This document shows, one piece after another, positions 26,720 to 41,900 of a stretch of DNA of 64,000 nucleotides; the first letter of the stretch is position 1; each line of letters starts with the position of its first letter. The stretch lies in the NCBI RefSeq assembly GCF_009914755.1, contig NC_060927.1, one strand, 5' to 3'. The stretch comes from the human T2T-CHM13v2.0 reference genome, Homo sapiens. The position numbers and the translations under genes are program-made. The notes beneath the pieces are model-generated. The model searched no databases. It saw only the letters and a list, made by a program, of their open reading frames with translations, and had not been told where the DNA came from.

Positions 26720-26990
26720 TTTAAAAACTTGTGGTAAATGTGCATAACCTAAATTGACCGCCTTCACTGTCCGAAGTCACCACTTGTGGCATGAAGCTCG
26801 TTCACACAGACATGCAGCTACCAGCACCATCCAGCTTCGAACCCTGCCATCCTCCCCAGCTGAAACGCGGTCCTTGTTCAGCAACTCTGTCTTCCCTGCC
26901 CCCACCCCCTGGCAACCACCACTGACTTTTTGTCTTCATGAGTTTGACTGCTCTAGGACTTCATGTAGGTGGAATCATAGAGTATCTGTC
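26720..26990 (-). mobile_element. L1MB-like 3' fragment
   Basis: gtggtaaatgtgcataacctaaattgacc...gagtttgactgctctaggacttcatgtaggtggaatcata. Confidence 0.65.
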
Positions 26991-28848
26991 CATATCAGTT
27001 CCAGTTTTAAAAAGTCTGAGTGGACTTCGCAAAAACCCCTCTGAGGACTGCCGGGACCCAGGTCGCCGTTTGCTGGCCTCACCCTCCAGCTTAGAGAATT
27101 CAAGAGAAAGGAAGGCAGGGGCTCTGCGGGGGCCCTGAGGTTCCAGTTCTGTGGGGGTTGTGCAGGGCAGTAGGGGGTACACCCCAAGGGAAGTGGCCTG
27201 TGGTCTGAGTCACGTAAACTTCAGGATGAAAATATATTCCAAGTGGAGGATGAAGTCACCAGTGCGGGGACAATGGTGTGACGCTGGCCTGGAAGGAAAG
27301 CTCCCCACACTGAGGGTGGAGGTGAGGCTTGCAGGGGCCAAAATGTGGCCGTGTCGACGTAGTGTGGGGACCTCCCAGGGCTGGATTCTGGACGTCTGTT
27401 TTCATACAAGAACACAGCACGGGAAAAGTGTTCTGTTCAGCCAGGCAGGGCCTAGGGGAGTAGAACGCCCCCAAAGCAGTGCAAGCTTTCCCCGGGGCTG
27501 GACTGGCCCAGGCTGCAGGTACCAATGCCTGGCCCCAGCCAGCAGGGAAAATGCTGCTCCCCACGGCTACCCCCAGTGAGCACAGAGCCTGACCTGGTAG
27601 ACCTAACCACTGGGCCTTCAGCCACAGTGACCAGTGACAACCTCTCTGTGGCCAGGTGCCTGAGCTCAGCTGTGCCCAAAGAGAGACAGGACAACTAGGT
27701 CTCTGTTTCCTCTACATTCCATGGATACAATGTTCTTCTTCTTCATCACAGGAAACACATCCAGTAGCACCTAGGATGTGACATCCAGAGACACAGTGGG
27801 GTGGAGTGAATGAGAATGGAAACATACAACATGGTGTGTGTGGCGACCCCAGCTCCAGGCCATGCCCACTCCTCATGCTTTCTTGGGGGGGAAAGTGGAC
27901 CTGTCCAGCACAGACTGTGGGGTGGCCCTGAGTGTGGCGCTGGATGCCAGGGCAGGCTGGGTGCTCCCAGGGGGCATGGCCCTCTCAGGCTCTTCCCAGC
28001 CAGACCCCATCTCCCAGGAAAGACAAAGCCGCCTGGTGTGGGCTTACTCCTTTGTCAGCACGAGGCCCATGCTAGGACACCACGATGCGTGTGTTACACC
28101 GGGGCAGAGGTTTGTGGGGAGCGGGCAGAGGTTTGTGGGGAGCAGTCACAGATGAGCCTTCCAGCAGGAACAGCCAGGGAGTGTAATTTGCCTCCTTGCT
28201 CAGTCAACATCCCCTTGTCTCATGGTTCCCAAGGTGTGCTTTAGGGGCTGGGTGGGGACAAGGTCAGCCCTTCTACTAGACAAAGCCTTTTTCTATCTGG
28301 CTGCTACAGGAAGATCGTGCAAGCAGGTCACTTTCAATGTAACAAGCATTTCCTAAATACCTGTTTTGTGTCAGGTCTTGGTTAGATGCTGGGGGCTTAG
28401 AGTTGACTTGTAACTTCATATACATAATCTGTGATTTTTTTGCACATTATTGCATCATTTATACTCATGACTTACACTGACTGTATAATATCCCATCAGG
28501 GGATACATCAAGACTCAACTACTTATTGTGGAGCATTGAGAGTGACTTCAATTTTTTGCTTTTATAAATAACACTGAAATGAACATCTTTTTACAGATGT
28601 CTATGGAATTCTCAAGATAAACTTACCAAAATGGGATTTCTAGATCAAAAGATACGAATATTTTCATGAGTTCTAATACATAGAACTAAAAATGCTTTTC
28701 AACTTGACATTTCATTGTCATCAGCAAAGTATGGAAGTTTGAGTTTTGCCACATCCTTGTCAGCACGGGAGTTACCATTTGAAAAAAATGTCCTTATTAT
28801 ATAATAGGTGGCAAAACCCACCTTCTTTCTACTGTAGTACTTGGTTTA

Positions 28849-29220
<372 letters not shown>

Positions 29221-29399
29221 TTATGTGTTTCTCCTCGCTTCTTTTCTTAAGGCAACCTGTTTTCTCTACCTTTGGTGGGGAGAGAGAGAGCCGTATCACT
29301 ACTACACGTGACCCAAACAGTGGATCAGAACATAATCTGGGCTGTCAGCCCACTGATTTGGAAGCCCTGATTGCAGGAAGAGACCATGTGGCCGCTTGA

Positions 29400-29681
<282 letters not shown>

Positions 29682-30135
29682 TGAGCCATTTCAAATGCAC
29701 CCAAAAGTGATTTGACAGAAAGCCAGCTCAGTGGCCACCTACATGCCAAGAAACAATCTTCCAGTTTCAGCAGATTCCCCTGAAATTGCTGTGTATTTTC
29801 AGATTCCAGTCTTTAACCTCAATGCTTTATTGGAGAGAGGATGCCAGCATCTCCATATTTCCTTCCTACTTCAGGCTGCAACTTGAATATGCTTTTAAAA
29901 AATTTAGCTATCATTGTTTCAAAAACACACTTTCCTAATGAAAGCCTGGTTTGTTTTCTATGCTCCTGCGACATCCAATAGCAGGGCATTATATACCAAA
30001 GTATAAGGAAATAAGACCAATGACAAATTAAAAGCAAAGGAACCGCTTCCTTAGATGAAATGCCATAGGTCTGTCCCTTTTTGCTGCCACTACAAAACTA
30101 TGTTTGGCCATCAGCCGACACATTCCACTAATGCT

Positions 30136-30167
<32 letters not shown>

Positions 30168-31619
30168 AAGCAGAGAGTACTGGAACAAAGGGAGGCTCAA
30201 AGTCACAGGTAGAAGGGGCCGGAGAGGCAATGTGTTAGACAAGAACTGCGTGCCACCCCTACACGCTGCCCTTCCCTCTCCAGGGCAAGGAAGAGCGTAT
30301 GACCACAGGGGCTCTGCTTTTCTCGCTTTCTAAAAAATGTACAGATGGCAAAAAGTCCAAGATCACAGCTTGTTGGCCTGGAAAACAGTTTGTTTCCCTC
30401 AACAAAAGCCATTTCCTTCTCTTCTGTTTGCTGATGGTCCCAGTTTCAATCCACGGCCACTCAGCACAACATGTTTTCGTCCCCCCGACTACCACTGCAC
30501 TGAGTTACCTTAGAGCGAGGAAGGATGTCTCCCTTTGTGGCTCTCTGCATCATCCAAGCACAAGCTCGGCTTTACAAGAGAGATAAAGGCAGAAATTAAT
30601 TTCTTTACTAATTGACAACAGCTTGAAAAAGGTATAAAGATGCCAGAATTCAGCATATGGGCTCTGGAAACACATTTCGACTCAGAATTTTTTTTTAAGC
30701 TGTTACTACATGCTTTATAATGTAACCAACTAAAAGGCTGCTAACGGTGCAGCATTTTTGAAGTAATGCATTCTCAGGATTTCATATTTAGAAGGTTTAT
30801 TTGAAAACATCCTACTCTCCACTGTATAAATAAGAGGAAACAGAATGACAAAAAGTGTCATAACTACGGTTCTTGGCATCTAGCAAGATGATCTTCCTTT
30901 TGTATCACGCTGCGGGATGACGATCTGGGTTTCAGAAAGCGGTAAGTGGCTGGTTCCGTGGGGTTAGCGATCACATTGCCACGTGTCATGCCCACAGTGG
31001 CCATTCTCCTGTTGATTTTCTCTCTCATGAAATGTTAGGGCTCTGTGCAGCTCTGGGTTGGCCAGAATCATCCAGAAATGCCAGACCTTTCTCTCAGAGC
31101 TCTATGATGAAAGTTGCATATACAGAAAGTGCCTCTGGCTTATAAATAAGTGACAGCTGCAGAGTGGGGAGAGGCTTTTGCCACTAGAAACTTCCAGGAT
31201 GCATGAGATCAAGGAATTAAGTCTGTAACAAAATAACAGGATGCTCTGTGAAGTCCAAAGAATTGCTTGAGGCAAACTGCAGAGCTCCATGAGATCAGCA
31301 ACCCCAAGAGCTTTTACACCGCCGGACAAGGTTTAATAGGAAAAAAATCTCCTATACTGTATATTCAGAACCAAATGAAGAGAAATGTCAAAGGAGTCGG
31401 AAACAATATGTCAAATTAGGTAAATTCCTGACCTGACCCAGATTTTGCAGAACATTTGATCCTAAACTGTGCTGTCCACGTCCTTAAGATCACCTTTATC
31501 TGAGTTAGAAAACAGATGACAGAGACCATGTTTTGGCTAATATATATGCTTCTGTCATACACCTGCTGACCGGCAGAGTCCCTGGAAGGCAGCAGAAAGC
31601 AGGCAGGCAATGGCATCAG

Positions 31620-31815
31620 ATCCGGGTACAGACCACAGCTGCTATGTCTTAGCTGTGTGACCTTGCAAACGTCTCCACCGCTATGATCCTTGGTTTCCTC
31701 ATCAGTGAAAGCCGCCATCGGGGCCAGGGTATTTACTGAGTGGATTGCTGAAAGGGTTAAATGAGGAGGCAAGTGAAAGCACCTGTCACACAGTAGGCAT
31801 CCAAAAAATGCTAGT
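31620..31815 (+). mobile_element. MIR
   Basis: agctgtgtgaccttgcaaac...ttggtttcctcatcagtgaaa...gggttaaatgag...cacacagtaggca. Confidence 0.7.
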
Positions 31816-31861
31816 CTTCCTTTCTCCACCTTTCATGCTTAGTTCTTGCAGGGATCGACTT

Positions 31862-32270
31862 GAGTGTCCATAAACAGATGGCTGGATAAAGAAAATGTGG
31901 TGCATTTATACACGGAATGCTGCTAGGTCCTCAAAACGAATGAAATCCTGTCATTTGCAACAACATGGATGGACCTGGAGGCCATTATCTTAAGTGAAAT
32001 GACTTAGGCACAGAAAGTCAAACGCCGAATGTCCTCACCTGTAGGTGGGAGTGAAATAATGTGCACACATGGACATAGAAGGTGGAATGACAGACACTGG
32101 AGGCGTGGAAGGATGGGGGATGGGGGATTGAGAGATGACTTATGGGTACAATGTACATTGCTTGGGGGATGGTACACTAAAATCCCAGACTTCACCACCA
32201 CGCAATATATCCATGTAACAAAGCTGCACTTGTACCCATACATTTATATGAATAATAATAATAAAAAAGA
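31862..32270 (+). mobile_element. L1 3' end (L1MA-like) with A-rich tail
   Basis: ggataaagaaaatgtgg...tcatttgcaacaacatggatggacctggaggccattatcttaagtgaaat...gtaacaaagctgcacttgtaccc, then (AAT)n/A tail. Confidence 0.88.
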
Positions 32271-33495
32271 AAGCCTGCTTCAGGATGCCGGGGTTCCTGG
32301 TGCAGTGTCCATCCATCCTCTGGGATGCAGCTGCCTTGCTCAGGCCACACAGGCTTTCCCAAAGCTGTGCCCTGAAAGAGTCCCAGCCCCCATACTGGTG
32401 TCACAGCTGCCATCCCTGCAAGTGGGGACAGAAGGCACAGGGGCGGGGCATGGAAGGGGAAGGCTGCACAACGGACTGACCCTTCACAAGACTGGCGCTG
32501 GAACTTTACATTTTTGTGCACCATGTTAACAAAAGTTATTTTGACTTTACTGAAGTAAAGGCAAAGAACAGAGTTTGAATAGAATGAGTGACAGCAGCTT
32601 GGGAGATGGGGGCCCAGACAGAAACAAGGAAGGTGGAGATGGAAGAGATGGAAGATTGAGAAGCCAACAGCACCGGCCAGGGAGACTGGGGAAGAGGAGC
32701 CTGTGAGAACGCCTGGGATGGTGAGGATGGAGCTGAGGCCAGCGGGAATGAGCACGTCCTCCTGACTCTCCTTCAGGGAGAAAACAAGCCCCAAACATGC
32801 GGCCATGGCTCCTGAGTTTTCTAACATGGCAGCTCTGCACAGCGTCCTTCCTACATTTCTGGCTGCCTTCAAGCTGTTCGTGGCTCCTGGGCAGGTGGCA
32901 GTCCCCCCTGCACTGCTCACAGCACTCTCTTGTCCTGGGCTCACAGATCCACCCTGCCTCAACTGCCCCCAGGCGGTCCCCATTCACCCTGCCACGATCT
33001 TCCCTTCTCCACCCTGCCCTCCCTTTTCTCTCTGGTTCTGGGGGCCTCATCCACACAGAACACTTAAGACACCCTGGTGTGATCCCTGGGCTGGTTTCTG
33101 TTTCATTTGGCTCCAGGTCCCACCCCTATGTTTCCCACCTGTCTGGAACCAGTTATGTTCCCCTCCCAACCTGGACCTCTAGCTGCACCCCCTGTCTTTG
33201 TGGGGGTAGAACTGCAGGCTCACATTCCACTCTTCCGTCTCCCTCTGCGTCCACTCCCTCCAGAGGCATGCACGCCATCCTTCTTGTCCTCTGCCACTCC
33301 CGTAGGGAGCCTCCCTCTCGTCTACTGGGGCTGGTTCCCTGGCCTTCCAGCCCTTCTCCCCACCCCCAGCCCCCAATCTCCCTCCAGCCCAGTGCATTCC
33401 ACAAGATCCACCCAGTCCATGGGCCTGGGGAGGAGATAACCCTGCCCCTCCCTCCTCCTTCCTGAATTTTCCTCAGGGGACGGGGTCTAGGAAGC

Positions 33496-34450
33496 TGGTC
33501 CCTGGGGTGGCTCCCAGACTCCTGAACCTGCGCAAACAAGTGACTCAGCCCTGTTCTCGATTGCTGATGGAGCCACCTGAGGTCACAAGTGGGTCATTCT
33601 GTGTCTGCCTTTGTGTGTCCCTGTCTCTGTTCCCTTCTCTTGTACTGTGTCTCTGTCCCTCCACTTAAGTGGACATAAGGAGCTCCTCAGCCCCCTCTTC
33701 AGTACCTGCTCTTTGATGGGCTGTTGGGAACATCTGGAGATTTGGTCTGGGACTCAGGGGAAGTGACCCAAGGCCACCATCCCAGGCCTCCAGGCAGCAA
33801 CCACTCACCCATCCTTGCACTCCTGCACATCCTGGGCCTTGCACACACACCTGCTCCATCTGAAACACCCCTCCACCCTGTGGAACATCTGCGTGTCTTG
33901 TCTCTCCCCTAGAAAAACCCCCAGCCTTCTCCTGTGTGTCTAGAGGTCCAACTCCAGTGTTATCACAGGATGGCATAATCAGGGTCTACTACAGACCCCT
34001 GCTGGACTGTGTGCTCCTTAGGGGCAGGGTGCCTTGTGGTGTCTTTGTATCTCCAGCACCTAGAAAGTACCAGGCCCACCACAGATTCTCAAGAATAAGA
34101 GAACTCATCAGGACAAGAGCTTGTGGTTTCTTAAGTCACAGAACAAGAGGTTCCCTCCAGGGCAGCTAAGAGGCCACGGAGACTTGTAAGCACAGGGTCT
34201 CTGGTCCAGCCCAACGCAAATGGGCACAGGTATGATCATTTCCATCAAGTGGCTGTCTACAGACTTGGGAAAGAAAACCTCAGGCTCCCTTGAGACAGGA
34301 GCTTCCACGGTAACACCTATTTGAGCTCCTCAGCTGCTGTCTCCAAGGTGACGCCCAGAAACCGTGATTGGAGCGGGCTTCTCCTTCCACACCTGTGGTC
34401 CCTGGGGTGGCTCCCAGACTCCTGAGCCTGCACAAACAAGTGACTCAGCC
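33496..34450. repeat. 55-bp dispersed direct repeat (33496-33550 and 34396-34450)
   Basis: Two copies with 2 mismatches, 900 bp apart. Confidence 0.95.
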
Positions 34451-34907
34451 ACATCCTAGGGAAGGGGGGTCCTCCCACTGGAACAGGATTTGGCCACAAC
34501 CTGGCACTCGGGGACCTGGTGTTGAAAATGAGTCAAATGGGGACAGATGCTCTCTCTTCCCAAGTCCACGTGAGATTTCACGCGGGGAGGAGCCACAGCG
34601 TCTGGTATTAAGTAAAGGAAAACTCATTAGCAAGAGACTCGGAGCATTCTAGGACAAGTGTTGAAAGTAATCCAAAACAAATATAAAACAACTTGCAACG
34701 CCCCTCACTGGATCTGACTAACACGGGCAGGGCTGGTTTAATATTTTTCCATAAAAGCATGCCTACCCAGACTAGGGTGGCCTCCTCTCCACACCACAAA
34801 GAGGCGCCTGACACTCAGAGGACCATTCGAATTAAATCCGAGTCATTCTCAACTGAGGGTTACGCATCGCAGTCTGTTGACATTGTTCCATCCTTGATCA
34901 TTCCCCA

Positions 34908-34957
34908 GAGAGAGAGAGACCACACAACAGAGGTGGGAGAGGGAGGAGGGAGGGAGG

Positions 34958-35003
<46 letters not shown>

Positions 35004-35012
35004 GAGAGAGAG
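34908..35012 (+). repeat. (GA)n-rich microsatellite
   Basis: Direct reading. Confidence 0.9.
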
Positions 35013-35027
35013 ATATTCCTATCTTGG

Positions 35028-35368
35028 TGTTATGGGCTGAGCTGTTTCCCCAGATTCACAGGCTGAAGCCCTAACCTCTAGTACCTCCGAATGGATACAA
35101 GGTCTTTGCCAAGGTAATGAAGTTAATATGGGTGGGCCCTAATCCACTATAACCCAAATGTACACACTAGATGGGGAGGACCATGTGAGGACACAGGGAG
35201 AAGACGGCCACTTACAAGCCAAGGAGAGAGGCCTCAGAAGGAACCAGCCCTAGCAACACATTGATCTTGCATTTTCAGCCTCCAGAACTGTGAGAAAATA
35301 AATCCCTGCTGTTGAAGCTCCCCAGTCTGTAGAATTTTGTTATGCTGGCCCTAGCGGACTCATACACA
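35028..35368 (+). mobile_element. MaLR solo LTR (MLT1B-like)
   Basis: tgttatgggctgagctg start; cagcctccagaactgtgagaaaataaat...ttttgttatgctggccctagcggactcataca end. Confidence 0.8.
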
Positions 35369-37754
35369 TAGCATCTTTTCATTTACGCTCCAACAGCCCC
35401 GAGTGGTGTGCAGCTCCCTCCACAACTCTCACTGCCACGTGACTCTGTTCTTTTGCAAATGTAATTCTCTTTGCTTGGAATGATGCCCACCTCTGCCCAC
35501 CTCACAAACTTCTATTCAACCTTCAAAACCCTTGTAGATAGCACCTCCTCTGTGCAGCCTCACCTTGCCCTCTGCCCCCTTCCCCAGGGAGTGCTCCCTC
35601 TTCTCTGTGTCTACAACCCTGATCACTCTCTTACTAAGCATGCTGAAGCCTGGGTTTGGCAATGTGTCGAGATGCCTGTGATCTGGGCAAAGTCGGAGCC
35701 TCTCGACACTGGAATGAGGACTCCTCTCTAGGGCTGGCACAGGGCCTGGCGTGCCGCAGACTCTCCATGTATTCATTCAAATTCTCAACTCTTCTATTTA
35801 TTTATTAGTGACTGTCTTGACTTTTGGATCAGAAAACTTCATCCTGGAACCTCCCCATTACTCTGAAATAAAGAACATTTTCATCAGAACTTGGGAAGTG
35901 CAGCATCTAGCCAAGATCTCCAAACAAACACCATTTTCTGATTGAAAGAAATAAAGCAAATGCTTCCCAGAGCTTTCTGCTGTAAGGAATTAGAATTTAC
36001 AAATTCAGATACCATTCATTATAAAAGGAAAAGTGCACAGTGCCCTCTTCTATTCCTTTACTTCTAGCTCTCCCGCATTCCACATTCCATCCTTTATTCA
36101 TCCTTACTCACTGAGCACTTGCTGTGTGCTGGGGGGATGGTTTGGCATTCAGCAGTGGACATTGCACCCCTCGCCAGTGCCTCTCATCCTGTGGCCCAGA
36201 GCAGATTCTAGAAAGAGGGCCTTATACACACCCCTCATGACAAGATCAGTACAGATCTTTGTCATGGTGGGGGTCAGACAATAAACACAGAAAATCTAAA
36301 GCGAGTCTGACCACTGGCAGTCTGGAGGGAGCGGGTATGTGGTGCGTGTGTATGTGTGTTATGCGAGGGGGTTTACTGTTTTAGAGGAGGCCTAGCTGAG
36401 AAGGTGATATTTTAGTAATGACCAGAAGGAGGTGACAGAGCAAGCCATTCAGACATCTGGGGACACATGTTCCTAGCAAAGGGGACAGCAAGTTTGAAGA
36501 TTCCAATGGGCCCAGTAGGTGGGAACAGAGGGGAGGCCAGTGAGTTGGAGCCAGGGACAGGGAGAGATGGGGCCAGGTCACGGGGGCCTTGTAGGCTTCT
36601 TGGGGACTTTGACTTTTACCCCGAGGGAGGTGGGAGACACAGGTGGTGGGAGCTGAGGAGGGCCATGGTCTCATCTGGGCTGAAGGGATCCCTCTGCCCG
36701 TGTGTGGGGACTAGACTGCGGGGGTGAGGGTAGAGGCTCCCTGCTGAGAAAGCTACTTCTGTGTCCCGTTCGTCTCCTGGTGTAATCAGGGCACCGTTTC
36801 TTCTGGGTTTGCTGTGGAGAAGGCATCTGAGTGACAAGGAGGGCATAAAAGGTGGTCTGGGACACTGGGCTAGGAACTGAGATCCAGTTTTGCTCCCGGC
36901 TCACTGGGGGCCTCGGGCAGGCCACGTGCCTCTTCATCTGCGCAGCCAAGGAGACGGTCTCCACATCTCCCGTCACGCTTCAAAGGCTGCACTCTCATTC
37001 TCTAACTTCAGAAGCAGCTTATCAAAAAACAGAGGGTAGTGCAAAAACGAGGGAGAGAGAACCATGGTGGAGGAAACCGAGAAAGCCCCAAACAGCAGGT
37101 GGAGGCCAGGGCCCCCGGGACTCACAGGGAACAGATGTCCATTCTGTTGGCAAACCACAGGTTTCAGTCATTTCCACTCCCGGGCAAACGCACACTGACA
37201 CACACACACACACACCACTGAAAGGATATGCCACAAAATGGGTACTGTTTTTCTCTGAGTAATTGAGTGAAGGCTAATTGTTTTGTCCTTTGGGTTTTCC
37301 AAGATTTCTACAATGAACTGGTATTTTGTCATGAGGGGAAAAAAATAAAGGCTTCCCTACCCCCAAACTGCAACTGTACATATGCACAGTACAGAAAGCA
37401 TGAAGACAAAACCAGCTGGCTCTGAATCAGCCCACAGTCATATCTGCTCTTGAGAAACCACTGTAATTGGAGTTAGTGCCTTCATGCATTAAATGGACTT
37501 GCCAGGGGCAAGGCTGGCAGTTGAGGATGTGAAAATGAATGAGCTGAGTGTGTGGAGGGACCAGAGGTGAGGATCACTGATCTGGCATTGCCCTGCCATA
37601 GCAGTGGTGTTTCTGGGTGTCTGGATTACAGCCTCAAGACAATCACCACCACCACTGAGACATCCCTGGGATGGAGAAAAGCGAAGATCAGAAATAGCTC
37701 CCAGGAATGGTTTTCATTATCTTCTGCCATTGTTGCCTTCTCTGAAACACACTG

Positions 37755-38275
37755 CTCTCGGTCATTCGGTAGGCTGACTGCAAAAATGGCTTCAACTCCC
37801 CCTCCTCCTTCCATTTGCACCTGTCCATGCCGCTCTGCAAAGTGCCCTGCAGCTCCTCCCAGCAAGGCTGGAGTCTGTGCTTGTGACTCACTCGGACCAA
37901 CACAATGCAGCAAAGGTGATGTGTGCCACGCCTGAGCCTGGGCTTGAAAGGTCTTGCGTCTTCTGCTTGGTCTCTTGAAACCCTGCTGCCACCAGGTGAA
38001 CAAGCCCAAGCTAACCTACTGGGTGATCAGAGACACATCCTAGTCACCTCTCTTGCATCTGTCACCCCAGCCAACAGCCAGATGATTCCCAGACACAGCT
38101 GCCATGCGACCTGCAGCTGACCACACATGTGTGAGGGGCCCAGCTGAGATGAGAGAACAGCCCAGCTGAGCCCAGACGCATGCACTGGCTTGAAGCATCA
38201 TGAGATAGATAAATGGCTGTTGTCTGAAGCCGGTAAGTTTTGGGGTGGTTTGTTACATAGCTGTAACTAATTGAT
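37755..38275 (+). mobile_element. MaLR LTR (MLT1F/G/H-like)
   Basis: ctgcaaaaatggc start region; cccagctgagccca...aaatggctgttg...gttttggggtggtttgttacatagc end. Confidence 0.7.
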
Positions 38276-38669
38276 TAACTGGTTACTGTCACAGATGTAC
38301 CTGGGCAAAAAAAAACCCCAAAAAATAAAATAAAACTAAAAACACTTTTGGCTTGATTGAAACTGTCCCTCAGAGAATTTCATTTTAGAATCTGTGGCTC
38401 TGGCCAAAAGGGTGGCTCTACCATGATGGGCATCTGGGCTTTCCAATTCACAGTGGGCCTTTCAGAGGTCAAGCACTGTGGCAGGTGAAAAGCCGTGAAT
38501 GATGCTTGGTTAACATGCACTGCATCTACTGCTTTACAAATTGTTATTTAAAGTAACAAAATACATGTACGCAGTCTCACTATTCCCTCAGGTGACCAAT
38601 CCTCTCACTTTGATGTGTATTCTAGACTTTTTCCTACACACTCACACTCATGTCTCAGCTCTGTGTCAC

Positions 38670-38998
<329 letters not shown>

Positions 38999-41900
38999 TA
39001 AACAGCACTTTATTTTTTTCCCTTAACAACAGGTCTTGGAGGCCTTTCCATAGCCAGAATTATAGACCTAACTCCTTCTTTTTAATCATGGCAAAGGATG
39101 ACAGTACTTTAGTTTATCTGACTCTTCCTGTGCTCATGGGCATGTGAGTTGTTCCCAACTTTTCATGATAATGAGGTTTATTTCTCTGTACATATGCGGC
39201 AGATCCCTTTAGTGAGCAAGCAGAGATATGGCATCCCTGGTCAAGTGAGCATTTAAAGGAAAACGGTGGCAGATGGAACCTTCCCAAAATCCACAGACCA
39301 ATAACTGACCCTTTCTGCAAAACCGGCTGAGCTTCCCCAGCCCTGGGTCTTTCACCTCCCACCGCTCTCAGGCTGCCTCCTTACCATCTCTTCCCCGAGC
39401 CTGAAATGCACCTAGCATGGGGCTTGTCAGGTAGAGTTTTCCTGCTTTAATCTAAAGTGAATGTGCACTGAAGTGGCTATATTTTTCTAAGAGGGGAAAG
39501 AAATCACCCTCCATTTAGTCATTTTGTTGTGCCCTTGATTGATTTTTTTCTGAGTCAATGGTCCTGCACAGGGAAAAACAAAGATTTTCTACTGTTGTAT
39601 TATAAAAGGAACACCTGATTCGTATGGACAGAAGGCTGTAAGAGGAATCATTACAAAAATGAGAGACACAATAGTCAAAGGTGTAAATAAAAAAGAAGCC
39701 CCAAAAGAAAACAAGAAGCCAGAAGAGAAGTAACGACACAGGGAAGAGCTGCAGAGCAACCTCCCCAGCATCTCTAGGAGCCTATCACCCAGTCACTCTC
39801 CTGCAACCTGGATGGTGAGTGTTCTGGACAGGTGAGGGGCTGCAGGTGTCGACGATGAATTCCCTTCACCCAAAGCAGACCATAGTGACGATAATGTGCC
39901 CTTTCCCTGCTGATGCTGGGTCCTTGATGTGACCAGTTTTTAACATACTCTCAGAACCCAGGGATGTTCTCAGGGCTTAGGTGTGAGGCCATCTGTCCCT
40001 GCACAAAATGGCCCTTGCCCATGGGTTTCCAAGTTGGCATAGCTCTTTGTTCCCACAGTCACATTCCACGGATTCTACCAGCGTTTGCTGAGAACACAAC
40101 ATATGTCAACTGACGTGCTGGGCGCTTCTGCAGACCTTGCCTCATCGAATCAGCATCAGGCACTCCTGGGCCTGAGCTTTGTCTCTGTGATTGGGTAGCT
40201 GTGCACAGACAGCATAACCTCTGTGGCCTTCACTTTCCTCGCTTAAAATGGCCACACTAATAAGGTCGGCATATAGTCTACAGGGGGCAAGAAGAGCAGG
40301 AGATGTTCCATCTACAAATGTTCCTTCTGCATTTGGGCTCAGAAACAGCCCAATGACTGAATCAAGGCCACACAGCTAGAGATGGCAAAGGAGCCTGGTC
40401 CAGAGCACAGGCAGGTCTCCACCGGCCCTACAGGACCCCAACACTCTTCCTTGGTGATGGGTCTCCATTCCCACCCTTGACTTGGCATGGGAGGCACCAG
40501 GTGTAAGCCCTGTCTTCCTCAGGGGTCACTTCCTCCCACCAGCCTCGTCACAGCTGTCAGCGCCCTGCACTCCTAGCCCATTCTGTAGCCACAGTAGCTG
40601 TTTCTGTTGGCACCCTGTTCTGTTTTGGTCACTTTTGGGTGGTGGCCCGCTGGGGCCTGATGCTGCACTCTACGGAGGAGGCCACAGCCTCCCGCTCACC
40701 CAGGCCCTGGCCTCACTCTCCAGCTTCCTCCTTGGCAGGGCAGGGGCTTCCCTCTGTGAACTCAGAGGTCACGACCCGCCAGGCACTGCCGCCCACTCCC
40801 CACCAAGCTCACTCCCAGTTCCCCTGAAAAGAAGGAGGTGCTTAGACTAAGTGAGAAAATCTCTCCCTTTTAGGGAATCAGTCCTGCTGTCACCCCCACA
40901 ACCATAAAAGGCAAAATAAGAAAGAAAAAAAAAACCAGATCTATCAAAAGCTCCACACAAGTGCCTTCCAGGACTGCAAGCCGTCTTCAGGGAAGGGCCT
41001 CCCCTTCTGCTCCACGCACCTCAACTCTACACAGGGCCTCACCCCTCACCGGCGTTAACTGGATGAGTACTTGCAACGGCCCCGCTAGGCAGCAGTACCG
41101 CCTGTGTCCATTTCACCAGGGTGGACGCTGAGGCACAGAGAGGAGAGAGGGCTGGCGGGCTGGGATCCACAGCCTCTAGGTCTGTTCTCACCACTCAGGC
41201 TGTTGGTCCCAGTGGGCACCTACAGGTGTGCTTCTGAGGCTGGGTCCGGCAGGAGGATGGGTTTTCCTTGTCGGAGGGCAAGAAAGCGTAGGCTTCACGC
41301 TGGATCTCCACCCAGGCCTCAGTGGCCTTCCCGTGTGCCTCCCCCGCAGCTGCTGAGAAAACCACACCAGAGAGCGAGAACGTCATCAGAGAGGGGCGCG
41401 TGGGGTGTGCATCTTGGGAGCTGTATTTCTAGGTGTGTGCACTCATGCCCACGTGTCCCAGGCTCTTTAGAGGGAAGCGTTCCCTAGGTACGTGGCATTC
41501 CCTTTCAAATTCACCTAGCGCCCCAGAGAAGGGATTGTGTGGGAGGAACGCGGGTTTCCACGAGATGGTGGGGGTGTTTTATGTTTGTTTTCTCGGCATT
41601 TTTTGGTTCTGCACAGTCACGAGCTGTGGCATCCCCGGGGGAAAGGTCCTTGCCATTGCGGGGGCTGTTCTTTTTGCCCACACGGCCTCGTCAACTAGGG
41701 GATGCCCCATGCATTGCTCAACCCCAGAGAGAAAAGGAGAAGATAAAACCTGAATTCAAATGATTTCACTTCTCATTAGCCACTGTGACCTGGGAACAAG
41801 GGAAAAACCAAAGATGAAACTGTTCACGTGAGCTAGACTCAACGCTCTTGTAAAAGGAGGAAGAGGGTGTTTAAAGAAATGGAAGGGTTTAAACAGCTGC

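Noticed and set aside
32192-33465. Longest ORFs (263 aa on -, 222 aa on +)
   Set aside because: GC-rich, partly repeat-derived intron; no domain or splice support.
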